A stretch of DNA of 56,979 nt from an uncultured Oscillospiraceae bacterium (lineage in GTDB: Bacteria; Bacillota; Clostridia; Oscillospirales; Oscillospiraceae): positions 1 through 56,979 of the forward strand of contig CAJTLK010000001.1 in the NCBI GenBank assembly GCA_910577415.1, given 5' to 3'. The notes under the pieces are model-generated. The model was not told the origin of the DNA. It saw only the letters and a list, made by a program, of their open reading frames with translations, and did no database searches. Positions 39,009 through 49,718 of the stretch are shown in pieces (within the stretch, counting starts at the first letter, position 1; the number at the start of each line of letters is the position of its first letter). A program made the translations under genes and the position numbers.

Positions 39009-40430
39009 ATGCAAAAGTGCAAAGAACTGACTTCACAATTTTTGGAAGAGCTCCGCGGGATCTCGGGAGACCGGGTCATTGTAGGGAGCGAGGTGAACCC
39101 AGACTACGCCCAGGATGAGATGCCCATCTATGGCACACAAATGCCCCAGGCTTCCATCGACGTTCTCACCACCGAGGAGATCGCCGCCATTGTGAAGCTG
39201 TGCTATGAGAACGATGTGCCCGTCACTTGCCGGGGAGCCGGCACCGGGTTGGTGGGGGGATGTACGCCCATCTGCGGCGGTGTGGTACTGTGTACTATGA
39301 AAATGAACCGGATCCTGGGCTATGACGAGGAGAATTTCCTTGTCCGTGTCCAATGCGGCGTGCTTCTCAATGACCTGGCGGAAGACGCGCTGAAACGAGG
39401 GCTGCTCTATCCCCCTGATCCGGGCGAGAAATTTGCCACTTTGGGCGGCAACGCCGCCACCAATGCCGGGGGGATGCGGGCGGTCAAGTACGGCACCACA
39501 CGGGACTATGTCCGGGCCATGACGGTGGTACTCCCCAACGGGGAGACCGTCCAGCTGGGGGCGGCTGTGTCCAAAAGTTCCTCAGGGTATTCCCTCCTTG
39601 ACTTAATGATCGGCTCCGAGGGAACTTTGGGCATTATCACCGAACTGACCCTAAAGCTGATCCCTGCTCCCAAGTGTACCGCCAGCTTAGTATGTCCCTT
39701 TGGGGACCTGGCCGACTGTATCTCCACCGTACCCAAATTTAAGAAGGCCCATATGGACCCCCAGGCCCTGGAGTTTTTTGAGAAGGAAATATTGATCTCC
39801 TCGGAGCAATATCTGGGCAAGACCGTATTCCCTCGGGTCGTTGAGGGGCAGGAGGTCAATGCCTACCTGCTGGTGACATTTGACGCCAATAGCCAGGACG
39901 CGTTGGATGCTCTGGTGGAGCAAGGCGCTGAGCAGGTCCTGGAGGCCGGGGCGCTGGATGTGCTGGTGGCCGATTCTCCCGCCAAAATGCGGGACGCGTG
40001 GGCCGCGCGCTCGTCCTTCCTGGAGGGGATCGAAGAGCAGACCAGGCTGCTGGATGAGTGCGACGTGGTGGTCCCCGTGTCTGAGATCGCCAGGTTTGTA
40101 CTCTTCATTAAGGAGATCGAGGGTCAGTTTGACTTTGCGGTCAAAATGTTTGGTCATGCCGGAGACGGGAACCTCCATGTCTACACCTGTTCCAATGACA
40201 TGGAGAAAGAAACCTTCTGCGCCCAGGTGGACAGTTTTATGGAGCAGCTCTATGAAAAAACGGTGGAGCTGGGCGGACAGATCTCCGGCGAGCATGGCAT
40301 CGGCATGGGGAAGGTGAAGTATTTGGTCAAGACTGAGGGAGAGGTCAAAATGCGTCTTATGAAGGGCATTAAGGACGTCTTTGACCCAAAGGGTCTGCTC
40401 AATCCGGGAAAGGTTACATTAGACGGCTGA
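39009..40430 (+). CDS. FAD-linked 2-hydroxyacid dehydrogenase (GlcD/LctD/D-lactate dehydrogenase-like)
   Basis: RGAGTGLVGG, YPPDPGE, TNAGGMRAVKYG, GSEGTLG, GHAGDGNLH, SGEHGIG, DPKGLLNPGK. Confidence 0.9.
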   Translation: MQKCKELTSQFLEELRGISGDRVIVGSEVNPDYAQDEMPIYGTQMPQASIDVLTTEEIAAIVKLCYENDVPVTCRGAGTGLVGGCTPICGGVVLCTMKMNRILGYDEENFLVRVQCGVLLNDLAEDALKRGLLYPPDPGEKFATLGGNAATNAGGMRAVKYGTTRDYVRAMTVVLPNGETVQLGAAVSKSSSGYSLLDLMIGSEGTLGIITELTLKLIPAPKCTASLVCPFGDLADCISTVPKFKKAHMDPQALEFFEKEILISSEQYLGKTVFPRVVEGQEVNAYLLVTFDANSQDALDALVEQGAEQVLEAGALDVLVADSPAKMRDAWAARSSFLEGIEEQTRLLDECDVVVPVSEIARFVLFIKEIEGQFDFAVKMFGHAGDGNLHVYTCSNDMEKETFCAQVDSFMEQLYEKTVELGGQISGEHGIGMGKVKYLVKTEGEVKMRLMKGIKDVFDPKGLLNPGKVTLDG

Positions 40431-40657
40431 CGGTGTTAAGAAGCAGGAGGAAACGGGCAAAATCCATAAAAGAATAATAGGAATGACTGTTTTATTTATG
40501 CGAAATAATCAAAACATTGTTTCGGAAGTTGTCAAAATTATTGACATAAATGTTTTATAAGCGTATCGTACAGTCAGACAAGATCAACGGAAGCGGTGAA
40601 GCTCCGCTCCATTGGTTTTTCAAAACGGAACAAAAAATTTATAAAGGAGATGGAGAC

Positions 40658-42232
40658 ATGAAAAAAATATCCGCATTTGTATTGGCAGCTGCCATGATCG
40701 TCACCCTCGGCGCCTGTGGCGGCAAGACCGGACCCGAGCAGAGCCAGGCTCCTGTGGGTTCTGTGCAAAGTTCTGAGCCCAATGTGACTCCTGTTGCCAA
40801 GGACACCGTGGTCCTGGCGACCTCCGGAGAGCCCTACCGCTTTTTCCCGCAGGGCTCTGCCAGCAGCAGCGGCGATGACTGCCTTGTGCTGTCTAATGTT
40901 TATGACTGTCTGCTTCAGCTGGAGGCCGATGGCTCCCTGACGCCGTCTCTTGCTGATACATATGAGGTAACAGAGGATGGTATGGAGTACACCTTCCATC
41001 TGCACAAGGGCGTCAAGTTCCACAATGGCGTTGAGATGACCGCCGAGGACGTCAAGTTTACCCTCGACCAGGGCAAGGCCGGCCCCATCGGCAACGCTCT
41101 GCTGGTCAACTACGACCACTGCGACATCCTGGACGAGTATACCATTAAGATCACCCTGACCAGCCCCTTCGCCGCCTTCCCCTACTGCGTGGCCTCCCGT
41201 GTGGCGGCTGTAGCCTGCAAGTCCTACTTCGACGAGGTGGGCGAGGACGGCTACATGGCCAAGCCCATCGGCACCGGCCCGTATAAGTTCGTGGAGTACG
41301 TCAGCGGCGACCACACCACGCTGGAGGCCAATGATGAGTACTGGAAAGGCGTCCCTGCCATTAAGAAGGTCGTGATCCAGACCGTCGCCGATACCAACAC
41401 CCAGGTCCTGGGCCTCCGCAACGGCGATTACGACATCATCCGCAACCCGTCCATCGACGTCTGCACCCGCTTTGACAGCGAGCCCAACGTGGAGTGGAAC
41501 TCTGCCAACTCCACCGGACGTATCACCATGTATATGGCTTCCTGGACTGGTATCACGGCGGACAAGAACTTCCGGAAGGCCGTTCAGAGCGCCATCAATA
41601 AGGACGATGTGAACATGGCCATGTACGCCGGCTACAGCGAGGCCCTGCCCATTGATATGTGCTCCAACTACAGCGGCTATCCCACCGAGAAGGACGGCAT
41701 TAAGGTCGTTGGTTACGATCCTGAGGCGGCGAAGGAGTACCTCGCCCAGTCCAATTACAAGGACGAGCCCTTTGAGATCACCTGCCAGAGCGGCGGCTCC
41801 CTGGAGACTGCTGCGAAGGTCATCCAGGCGCAGCTGATGGAGGTCGGTATCAACTGCACCGTCAATGCGGTGGACAACGTGACCTATAAGAACATCTCCA
41901 AGGAGCGGACCTACCAGGCTTACATCTGCAACAACCTTAACTCCCTGGTGGACGCCGACGGCATTATGACCTACCACCGCCTGGACCGTTGGCCGCTGGA
42001 CCACTGCGCGCCCCGGGATGAGGAGCTCAGCGACCTGTTTATGAAGGGCCGTGCCGCGCAGGGCGACGCCCGCCTGCCCTACTATGTGGAGGGCTGCAAC
42101 ATCATCACCGAAGAGGCCTATGACGTGCCTCTGGTCAATGACATGACCACCATTGCGTACAACAAGGACCTCTCCGGCGTGGAAGCCCACTGCCTGGGTA
42201 GCTATCTGATGTATAACTGGTCCTGGAAGTAA
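40658..42232 (+). CDS. Opp/Dpp ABC transporter substrate-binding lipoprotein (family 5)
   Basis: Lipobox LGAC; GVKFHNG..MTAEDVKFT; PIGTGPYKF. Confidence 0.92.
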   Translation: MKKISAFVLAAAMIVTLGACGGKTGPEQSQAPVGSVQSSEPNVTPVAKDTVVLATSGEPYRFFPQGSASSSGDDCLVLSNVYDCLLQLEADGSLTPSLADTYEVTEDGMEYTFHLHKGVKFHNGVEMTAEDVKFTLDQGKAGPIGNALLVNYDHCDILDEYTIKITLTSPFAAFPYCVASRVAAVACKSYFDEVGEDGYMAKPIGTGPYKFVEYVSGDHTTLEANDEYWKGVPAIKKVVIQTVADTNTQVLGLRNGDYDIIRNPSIDVCTRFDSEPNVEWNSANSTGRITMYMASWTGITADKNFRKAVQSAINKDDVNMAMYAGYSEALPIDMCSNYSGYPTEKDGIKVVGYDPEAAKEYLAQSNYKDEPFEITCQSGGSLETAAKVIQAQLMEVGINCTVNAVDNVTYKNISKERTYQAYICNNLNSLVDADGIMTYHRLDRWPLDHCAPRDEELSDLFMKGRAAQGDARLPYYVEGCNIITEEAYDVPLVNDMTTIAYNKDLSGVEAHCLGSYLMYNWSWK

Positions 42233-42243
42233 CAAGACCCATG

Positions 42244-42278
42244 AAGGGCGGGGCGGCCATCGCCGCCCCGCCCTTTTT
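42244..42278 (+). terminator. Internal terminator/attenuating hairpin after the binding-protein gene
   Basis: AAGGGCGGGGCGGC-CATC-GCCGCCCCGCCCTTTTT. Confidence 0.75.
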
Positions 42279-42307
42279 CAAAAGCTTGCGAAAGGAGATG
42301 AAGAGAG

Positions 42308-43237
42308 ATGGCGTGGGTAAAATACGCGCTCAAGCGTCTGCTTATGTTGATCCCTGTGATCGTCTGCGTCACATTTTTCCTGTTTTTGATCCTCTCCTAT
42401 TCCAGCCAAAATCTTGCCTATCAGCTCCTGGGAGAGGACGCGACTGAGGCGCAGATCGCGGCGAAGGAGGCGGAGATGGGACTGGATAAACCGATCCTGG
42501 TCCGCTATGGCGAGTATATGCTGGGCGTTGTGAAAATGGATTTTGGCAAGTCGTGGATCAATGGCGAGGATGTCCTGGCCCGGTTCAGCAACCGTCTGCC
42601 AAATACCCTGCGCCTGTCCGCCCTGGCGATGCTGTTTGCCATCAGCGTGGGTGTGCCCCTGGGGATCGGTTCAGCCATAAAACAATACAGCCTATTGGAT
42701 TATGGGAGTATGTTTGTGGCAATGCTCCTGTTCTCCATGCCGGCCTTTTGGCTGGGGACCATGTGCCAGATTTTGTTCTGTCTCACCCTCCATTGGCTGC
42801 CGACCTCAGGCGCCGACAGTTGGATGCACTTTATCCTTCCGATGCTGATCCTGGGCGCCAATACCATGGCTACCATGATCCGTATGAGCCGGACCAGTAT
42901 GCTGGACGTTATCCGGCAGGACTATATCCGCACGGCCCGGGCCAAGGGAGCATCCTCCGGCAAGGTCATATTGCACCACGCACTGCGAAACAGCCTGATT
43001 CCCGTTGTAACACAGATCGGCGTTAGCTTTGCCGGTACGATTGCCGGTGCCGTGGTGACGGAAAATATCTTTGCCATTCCCGGCGTGGGTACGCTGCTCA
43101 TCAACGCGGTAAAGGCCCGGGATGTCCCTGTGGTTTTGGGAACGGTGATCTTTGTGGCAATTATTGTGGGCGTCATCAATCTGATCGTGGATCTGTTCTG
43201 CGCGGTCATTGATCCCCGGATCGACCTGGAGTCTTGA
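42308..43237 (+). CDS. Opp/Dpp ABC permease (OppB-like)
   Basis: SMPAFWLG, DYIRTARAKG, HALRNSLIP, IDPRI. Confidence 0.93.
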   Translation: MAWVKYALKRLLMLIPVIVCVTFFLFLILSYSSQNLAYQLLGEDATEAQIAAKEAEMGLDKPILVRYGEYMLGVVKMDFGKSWINGEDVLARFSNRLPNTLRLSALAMLFAISVGVPLGIGSAIKQYSLLDYGSMFVAMLLFSMPAFWLGTMCQILFCLTLHWLPTSGADSWMHFILPMLILGANTMATMIRMSRTSMLDVIRQDYIRTARAKGASSGKVILHHALRNSLIPVVTQIGVSFAGTIAGAVVTENIFAIPGVGTLLINAVKARDVPVVLGTVIFVAIIVGVINLIVDLFCAVIDPRIDLES

Positions 43238-43254
43238 AAAAGGAGTGACTACAT

Positions 43255-44136
43255 ATGCCTAAGATCAAACGGCGCAAAAAGCCTCTTTCCGAATACAGCA
43301 CCGGGGAGCTGGTCCTGTTTCGTTTTCGCAAAAACAAGCTGGCAATGTTCGGTGTAGTGCTCCTTTGCCTGGTCGCACTGGCCGTTGCACTGGCGCCTGT
43401 CCTGTCCAGCTATGAAGCGGTAAGCAAGATGCATATGTCGGATCGCTTCTCCTCTCCCAACCCCACCTACATATTTGGCACAGATGAGTTTGGACGTGAC
43501 CTGTTCGCCAGGATACTATACGGCGGACGTATTTCCCTGCTGTGCAGCTTTGCCATTATCGGCATTGCCTTTGTGGTGGGCGCGTTGATCGGCGGCGCAG
43601 CCGGCTTTTTTGGCGGGAAGGTGGATACCATTTTAATGCGGCTGGTGGATATGTTAATGGCAGTCCCCTCCACCATGCTGGCAATGGCGATTATTACCGC
43701 GTTGGGCAATGGCGTGTGGAAACTGGTAGTGGCGCTGGCCATCGCCCAGATCGCCCGGTTTGCCCGAATCGTCCGCTCCTCTGTTCTCACGCTGCGAAAT
43801 GTGGAGTATGTAGAAGCGGCCCGGTGCTATGGGTGCAGCTCCCTGCGCATTATTTTGAAGCATATCCTTCCCAATGGTATTGGCCCGATCATTGTTTCGG
43901 CTACCCTGTGCCTGGGACAAACCATTTTGAGCATTTCCTCCATGGGCTATCTGGGCCTGGGCGTGGCCTCGCCCACGCCGGAGTGGGGCACGATCATTTC
44001 GGAAAATAAGATCAATATTCAGGCCTATCCTTATCTGGGACTGATCCCCGGTATTTGCATTTGTTTGACAGTTATGGCCGTGAACTTCATCGGTGACGGC
44101 CTGCGGGATGCGTTTGACCCGCGGACGAAAAACTGA
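43255..44136 (+). CDS. Opp/Dpp ABC permease (OppC-like)
   Basis: FGTDEFGRD, YVEAAR, PTPEWG, GDGLRDAFDP. Confidence 0.93.
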   Translation: MPKIKRRKKPLSEYSTGELVLFRFRKNKLAMFGVVLLCLVALAVALAPVLSSYEAVSKMHMSDRFSSPNPTYIFGTDEFGRDLFARILYGGRISLLCSFAIIGIAFVVGALIGGAAGFFGGKVDTILMRLVDMLMAVPSTMLAMAIITALGNGVWKLVVALAIAQIARFARIVRSSVLTLRNVEYVEAARCYGCSSLRIILKHILPNGIGPIIVSATLCLGQTILSISSMGYLGLGVASPTPEWGTIISENKINIQAYPYLGLIPGICICLTVMAVNFIGDGLRDAFDPRTKN

Positions 44137-44149
44137 GGGAGGGCGGAGT

Positions 44150-45148
44150 ATGGACAGAAAGCAAAACGGCGGGCAGGAATACCTGCTGAATATTTCGGGC
44201 CTTACTGTGCAGTACAAGACCGACGACGCCATAGTTCACGCGGTAAATGATCTGGATCTGAAGCTGGGCAAGGGAGAAACGGTGGGCCTGGTAGGGGAGA
44301 CCGGCGCGGGCAAGACGACGCTTGCGCTGTCTATCCTCCGGCTGCTGCCGGAGCGTGTGGGACAGATCGTCTCCGGCTCTATTCAATATGACGGCGACGA
44401 GCTGTTGACCTTGCCGGAGGCGGAAATGCTGGGTCTGCGCGGAAAAAGGATATCTATGATCTTTCAGGATCCTATGACCAGTCTTGACCCCACAAAAACG
44501 GTGGGAGAACAGATCCTGGAGGTGCTGGATCTGCACTTTCCCGAAATGACGAAAGCGGAAAAAAATAAGCGTGTCGATGAGATGATGCGGTTGGTGGGCA
44601 TTATGCCGGAACGAAAGGGAAATTTTCCCCATGAATTCTCCGGCGGTATGAAGCAACGGATCGTGATTGCTATGGCCCTGGTGGCCGAACCCGAGCTGCT
44701 TTTGGCGGACGAGCCGACAACCGCCTTGGATGTTACGATCCAGGCTCAGATCCTGGAGCTGATGCGTCAGTTGAAGGATCAATTCAACACCTCTGTGGTG
44801 CTGATCACCCACGATCTTGGCGTGGTGGCGGAATTTTGCGACAGCGTTTCAGTCGTCTATTCAGGCCGCGTTGTAGAGTATGGCACCGTGGAGCAGTTGT
44901 TTAAGCGGGAGGAAAACCACCCCTATACAACGGGACTTTTTAACTGCATCCCGGATCTGAGCGATAAACAGCCCCGGCTTCGCCCTATTCCCGGACACAT
45001 GGCGGATCCCCGGATCATTCAAAAGGGATGCTGCTTTGCGGACCGGTGTGAATATGCCACGGACCGCTGCCGGGCGGAACAGCCCAGGATGTACGTGCGG
45101 GATGGACATGGGATCATGTGCTTCCGCTACGAAGGAAAGGAGGGGTAA
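44150..45148 (+). CDS. Opp/Dpp ABC ATPase (OppD-like)
   Basis: GETGAGKT, FSGGMKQR, ADEPTTALDV, C-terminal Cys cluster. Confidence 0.94.
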   Translation: MDRKQNGGQEYLLNISGLTVQYKTDDAIVHAVNDLDLKLGKGETVGLVGETGAGKTTLALSILRLLPERVGQIVSGSIQYDGDELLTLPEAEMLGLRGKRISMIFQDPMTSLDPTKTVGEQILEVLDLHFPEMTKAEKNKRVDEMMRLVGIMPERKGNFPHEFSGGMKQRIVIAMALVAEPELLLADEPTTALDVTIQAQILELMRQLKDQFNTSVVLITHDLGVVAEFCDSVSVVYSGRVVEYGTVEQLFKREENHPYTTGLFNCIPDLSDKQPRLRPIPGHMADPRIIQKGCCFADRCEYATDRCRAEQPRMYVRDGHGIMCFRYEGKEG

Positions 45149-45150
45149 GT

Positions 45151-46101
45151 ATGTCCGCACCATTGGTGGAAACCGTAGGTTTGAAAAAGTATTTCAAAAC
45201 AAAACGGGGGATGCTCCATGCAGTTGAGGACATTGATCTGAAAATATACCCCGGCCAGACCTTGGGCGTCGTGGGTGAGTCCGGCTGCGGAAAGTCTACG
45301 TTGGGCCGAACCATCCTTCGGCTCCAGCCGGCTACGGCGGGCAAGATCCTCTATGAAGGCGAGGATATTCTTAAGTTTGGAAAACGGGATATGCGGAAAA
45401 TACACCTGAATATGCAAATGGTATTCCAGGATCCATACAGCTCTTTGGATCCCCGTATGTCTGTACGCAGTCTTGTTTCTGAGCCAATCGAGGTCTGCGG
45501 TCTGCTGAAGAGCAAGACCGAGATCAACGAGCGGGCCGAACACATCATGGAAATTTGCGGCCTGCCCCTCAACCACGCCAACCTTTATCCCCACGAGCTG
45601 GATGGTGGATTGCGCCAACGCGTTGGCCTGGCCAGGGCCATGGCGGTAAATCCCAAATTCATTGTATGTGACGAGCCCGTTTCCGCACTGGATGTTTCCA
45701 TTCAGGCACAGATATTGAACCTGTTGATGGATCTGCAGGATCAGCAGGGCCTTTCCTATATGTTTATCACCCACGACCTGTGTGTGGTAAAGCATATCAG
45801 CGATGAGATCATGGTAATGTACATGGGGCAGACGGTGGAGTATGCGAAAACGGAAGAAATTTTTGCCAACCCGCTTCACCCCTATACAAAAGCTCTTTTG
45901 CAGTCTGTACCGACCATCGACCTTTCCCGTCGAAACCGGGAGAGATATACACTGAAAGGTGAAGTTTCCAACCCCATTGATCCGGCGCCGGGCTGCCGTT
46001 TTGCGCCCCGCCGCCAGTATGCCTGTGAAAAGTGTAAGGGTGAATGCGGACTGAGGGAAGTGACTCCGGGGCATCTGGTCGCCTGCGCAATGTGCGGGTA
46101 A
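45151..46101 (+). CDS. Opp/Dpp ABC ATPase (OppF-like)
   Basis: GESGCGKST, ELDGGLRQR, CDEPVSALDVS, HPYT. Confidence 0.94.
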   Translation: MSAPLVETVGLKKYFKTKRGMLHAVEDIDLKIYPGQTLGVVGESGCGKSTLGRTILRLQPATAGKILYEGEDILKFGKRDMRKIHLNMQMVFQDPYSSLDPRMSVRSLVSEPIEVCGLLKSKTEINERAEHIMEICGLPLNHANLYPHELDGGLRQRVGLARAMAVNPKFIVCDEPVSALDVSIQAQILNLLMDLQDQQGLSYMFITHDLCVVKHISDEIMVMYMGQTVEYAKTEEIFANPLHPYTKALLQSVPTIDLSRRNRERYTLKGEVSNPIDPAPGCRFAPRRQYACEKCKGECGLREVTPGHLVACAMCG

Positions 46102-46289
46102 GCCGCCGATACCTGTTAACGGCGGGAAACGGGGCTGCGCTGCAGGGGCCTATATAAACATATGGCCAAGGAAAGTGCGGCGCGCCAAATCTCGACCAAA
46201 TATTGACATTTATATTGTTAAAATAAAATGATTTTTAGAGTAGATTGCCCGATGTGCAGGGCGGCTTTCCAAGAGGAGATGATAACTTT

Positions 46290-47189
46290 ATGGATCTCAG
46301 TTGTATGACCACAGAACGGCGCAACGCCGCCACCATGGAGCTGGACCAGATGTCCGCCCTTGAGATCGCTGCTGTGATGAACCAGGAGGACCGCAGGGTG
46401 CCCCTGGCCATTGAAGAGGCCCTGCCCCAGATCGCCCGTACCATTGAGGCGGTGGAAAACGCCTTCCGGCAGGGCGGGCGCCTGTTCTATATCGGCGCGG
46501 GCACCAGCGGGCGGCTGGGGGTACTGGACGCCTCCGAGTGTCCCCCCACCTTCGGCGTGGACCCCGGCATGGTGGTAGGTCTCATCGCCGGGGGTGATAA
46601 AGCTCTCCGCTTCCCCATTGAGGGGGCTGAGGACGACAGGGAGCTGTGCGTCAACGACCTGAAGGAGCGGGGCTTCTCCGCCAGGGACGTATTGGTGGGC
46701 ATCGCCGCCTCGGGCCGCACCCCCTATGTGCTGGGGGGACTGGACTATGCCAGGAGCCAGGGCGCTGTCACCGCCGCCATTGCCTGTAATAAGGGCAGCG
46801 CCGTGGGCAAGGCCGCCGACATCGCCATCGAGGTGGATGTGGGACCTGAGGTGCTCACCGGCTCCACCCGGCTCAAGTCGGGTACCGCCCAGAAGCTCAT
46901 TGTCAACATGATCTCCACCGGAGCCATGGTCCGCATTGGCAAGGCATACCACAACCTGATGGTGGACGTGGTCCAGAGCAACGCCAAGCTCCAGGTCCGG
47001 GCGGAGAACATCGTCATGGAGGCCACCGGAGTGGAGCGGGACAAGGCCCGGGAGACCATCGACGCCGCCGGGGGCAGCGTAAAGACCGCTATCACCATGA
47101 TCCTGGCTGACTGTGAAAAGAACGAGGCGCTGGCGCTTTTGGAAAAGGCCCATGGCCGGGTCCGGGACGCCGTTCAGGCGGGGGATTAA
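46290..47189 (+). CDS. murQ: N-acetylmuramic acid 6-phosphate etherase
   Basis: [49 protein letters not shown]. Confidence 0.97.
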   Translation: MDLSCMTTERRNAATMELDQMSALEIAAVMNQEDRRVPLAIEEALPQIARTIEAVENAFRQGGRLFYIGAGTSGRLGVLDASECPPTFGVDPGMVVGLIAGGDKALRFPIEGAEDDRELCVNDLKERGFSARDVLVGIAASGRTPYVLGGLDYARSQGAVTAAIACNKGSAVGKAADIAIEVDVGPEVLTGSTRLKSGTAQKLIVNMISTGAMVRIGKAYHNLMVDVVQSNAKLQVRAENIVMEATGVERDKARETIDAAGGSVKTAITMILADCEKNEALALLEKAHGRVRDAVQAGD

Positions 47190-47273
47190 ACATTCCGCAC
47201 CGATTTTGTGTTCCTTTGGAAGCGGGAGCTTCCGTTAATTTGCGATAGAAGAGAATCAGAAAGGAGAGTCGTT

Positions 47274-48710
47274 ATGAAAAACCATGAACTGGCGGCAAGG
47301 ATCGTAGAGCTATTGGGCGGCAAGGAGAATATTGTCGATGCAGAAAACTGTATGACCCGCCTCCGCGTCACCATCAAGGACCACGGCAAGGTCCAGGTGG
47401 ACGCCATCAAGAGCACTGAGGATGTGATCGCGGTGATGGACACCGACGAGCACTATATCCAGGTAGTCCTTGGCCCCGGCAAGGTCCGGGATGTGATGAG
47501 CGAGTGTAAGGCCCTGGGCATCACCGAAAAGGTGGGTGACGGCGCCTCCGCTGCCGACGAGGACTGGAAGAAGAACAAGGCCGCCGTCCAGAGCAAGCAA
47601 AACAAGAACGTGGTCAATAAGCTGCGGGTCATCGCCGACATCTTCAACCCCATGATCCCCGCCTTTATCGCCGGCGGTATCTGCAACGGCTTTGGCCGGA
47701 TCATCAAAATTCTGATGGAGAACGGCACTATCCCCACCAACACCTTCACCACTGTGAGCTACAACATCATCGCCCTTATCGGCGTGGCCTTCCTGAGCTA
47801 TCTGGCCATTTTTACGGGCGTCAACGCGGCCAAGCAGTTTGGCGTCAGCCCCATGCTGGGCGGCATGATCGGCACCGCCTCCACCAACGCCGCCATCGGC
47901 ACCATCGCCAAGGCCCTGGGCTGGGTCAATGAGGAAGTGGCCGCCAAGTCCATCCTGGCCCCCAATGCCGGCGGCGTTATCGGCGTGGTCGTGGGCGTCT
48001 GGGTGCTGGCACAGGTGGAAAAGCGCATCCATAAGAAAATGCCCAGCGCCCTGGACATTACATTTACCCCCCTGCTCAGTATGCTTATCGTCATGCCCAT
48101 TTTCGTACTTATCGTCATGCCGGTGACGGGCGTCATTTCGGTGAAGATCTCCGAGTTCCTGGACCTGTTTATTTTGTCCGACAACGTCATCGTCTCCGTT
48201 GTCACCGGCTATCTGATGGCCGCCCTGTTCCTGCCCCTGGTGCTCTTTGGACTTCACCGGGGCCTCACCCCGCTCTATACCCTCCAGATCGAAAAGCTGG
48301 GCGGCACCACCCTTTTCCCCGCCGTGGCCCAGGCCGGCGCCGGGCAGGTGGGCGCGGCGTTTGCCCTGTGGCTCAAGGCTAAGCGGGTGGGCAACAAGCG
48401 GCTTCAAAACGTGATCGCCGGTGGTCTGCCCGCGGGCATCCTGGGCATTGGCGAGCCGCTGATCTACGGTGTTACCCTGCCCATGATGAAGCCCTTTATT
48501 ACCGCGGGCCTGGGCGCCGGATTCGGCGGAGCCTACGTCATGGCTGTGCATGTTATGACCGCGTCCACCAGCCCCTCCGGTATCCTGGCCGTGACCCATA
48601 CGCTGCCGGAGTATATGATCCACTTTGTCATCGGTATCCTTATCTCTTACGTGGCGGGCGCCATCATTACCTACTTTGCCATTTCGGACGACGACGTCCG
48701 GGCGGCCTAA
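47274..48710 (+). CDS. PTS EIIBC, MurNAc-type (MurP-like)
   Basis: NCMTRLR EIIB site, QVVLGPG, GLHR, AGAGQVGA, GIGEPLIYGV; directly after murQ. Confidence 0.9.
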   Translation: MKNHELAARIVELLGGKENIVDAENCMTRLRVTIKDHGKVQVDAIKSTEDVIAVMDTDEHYIQVVLGPGKVRDVMSECKALGITEKVGDGASAADEDWKKNKAAVQSKQNKNVVNKLRVIADIFNPMIPAFIAGGICNGFGRIIKILMENGTIPTNTFTTVSYNIIALIGVAFLSYLAIFTGVNAAKQFGVSPMLGGMIGTASTNAAIGTIAKALGWVNEEVAAKSILAPNAGGVIGVVVGVWVLAQVEKRIHKKMPSALDITFTPLLSMLIVMPIFVLIVMPVTGVISVKISEFLDLFILSDNVIVSVVTGYLMAALFLPLVLFGLHRGLTPLYTLQIEKLGGTTLFPAVAQAGAGQVGAAFALWLKAKRVGNKRLQNVIAGGLPAGILGIGEPLIYGVTLPMMKPFITAGLGAGFGGAYVMAVHVMTASTSPSGILAVTHTLPEYMIHFVIGILISYVAGAIITYFAISDDDVRAA

Positions 48711-48791
48711 GCGTTTTAAACGGGCGCGAAACGGCGGGAGGCCCACTCCCGCCGCTTTGCGCGTCCATTGAATGATCGAGGGGGAACGCCT

Positions 48792-49688
48792 ATGATAGAC
48801 CTCCATACCCACACGGTTTATTCCGATGGAGCGGACACGCCAGAGACACTTCTGCGCGGAGCCGCCCAGGCTGGGTTGACCCACCTTTCCATTACTGACC
48901 ACAACAGCGTGGGGGCCTACCGGGACCCGGCGGCGGTCCATTGGCGGGACCTTTTTCCGGGAAAGCTGATCCGGGGGATCGAGATCACCTGTATGTATGA
49001 GGGGGAGATCGTAGAGGTGCTGGGCTACGGCTATGACCTTGACAAGCTGGAAGCCATGCTCCCCCAGGTGGTCCTCCCCTTCCGGGAAAAGCAGCTTCGG
49101 GAGGCGGAGCTAATCGGCGACGCCTTTGACCGGGCTGGGGTGGCCTATGACAGGAGCGCTATCGGCTTTGACCCGGACAGGGAGTCGTCCCGGAAGTCCT
49201 ATCTGCGGGAGCTTGTAAAGACGCCGGAAAATTTGCGGTTTCTTACCGATCCCCGTTCGGCGGAGAAGTCCTCCCGCTTCACCCGGCAGGAGATATACAA
49301 CCCCGCCTCTCCCCTCTATGTGGACGAATCCAGCCTCTACCCAACATTGGCCCAGGGGGCCGGGGCCATCCACGACTGCGGGGGGATCGCCCTGCTGGCC
49401 CATCTCTACATCTACGCCCATGCCCCCCGGTTCCGCTCCAGGCTGCGCGCCATCGTGGAGGAAAATAAGCTGGACGGTGTAGAGTGTGCCCACTCCGAGT
49501 TTGCCCCGGGGCAGATCGCCGACCTGGAGGGCTTCTGCCGAAAGGAAGGACTGCTGATGAGCGGCGGCAGCGACTACCATGGGGCAAGGAAGCCGGATAT
49601 CTCCCTGGGCAGGGGCAAGGGCGCCCTCTCTGTCCCGGAGCGGTATTTGGATGCCTGGTCCGCCCATATCCGCCGGGGCCTTGAATAG
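48792..49688 (+). CDS. PHP domain metal-dependent phosphoesterase
   Basis: DLHTHTVYSDG, ITDHN, GIEI, LAH, GGSDYHG. Confidence 0.9.
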   Translation: MIDLHTHTVYSDGADTPETLLRGAAQAGLTHLSITDHNSVGAYRDPAAVHWRDLFPGKLIRGIEITCMYEGEIVEVLGYGYDLDKLEAMLPQVVLPFREKQLREAELIGDAFDRAGVAYDRSAIGFDPDRESSRKSYLRELVKTPENLRFLTDPRSAEKSSRFTRQEIYNPASPLYVDESSLYPTLAQGAGAIHDCGGIALLAHLYIYAHAPRFRSRLRAIVEENKLDGVECAHSEFAPGQIADLEGFCRKEGLLMSGGSDYHGARKPDISLGRGKGALSVPERYLDAWSAHIRRGLE

Positions 49689-49718
49689 ACCTTTCAGAAA
49701 AACCCAAAAGCGACGCGG

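Noticed and set aside
40574..48941. Long minus-strand ORFs opposite the Opp binding protein, murQ and PTS genes (and similar ones elsewhere, e.g. 13727-14947, 26343-27770, 52981-53823)
   Set aside because: Codon-aligned mirror ORFs of well-supported genes.
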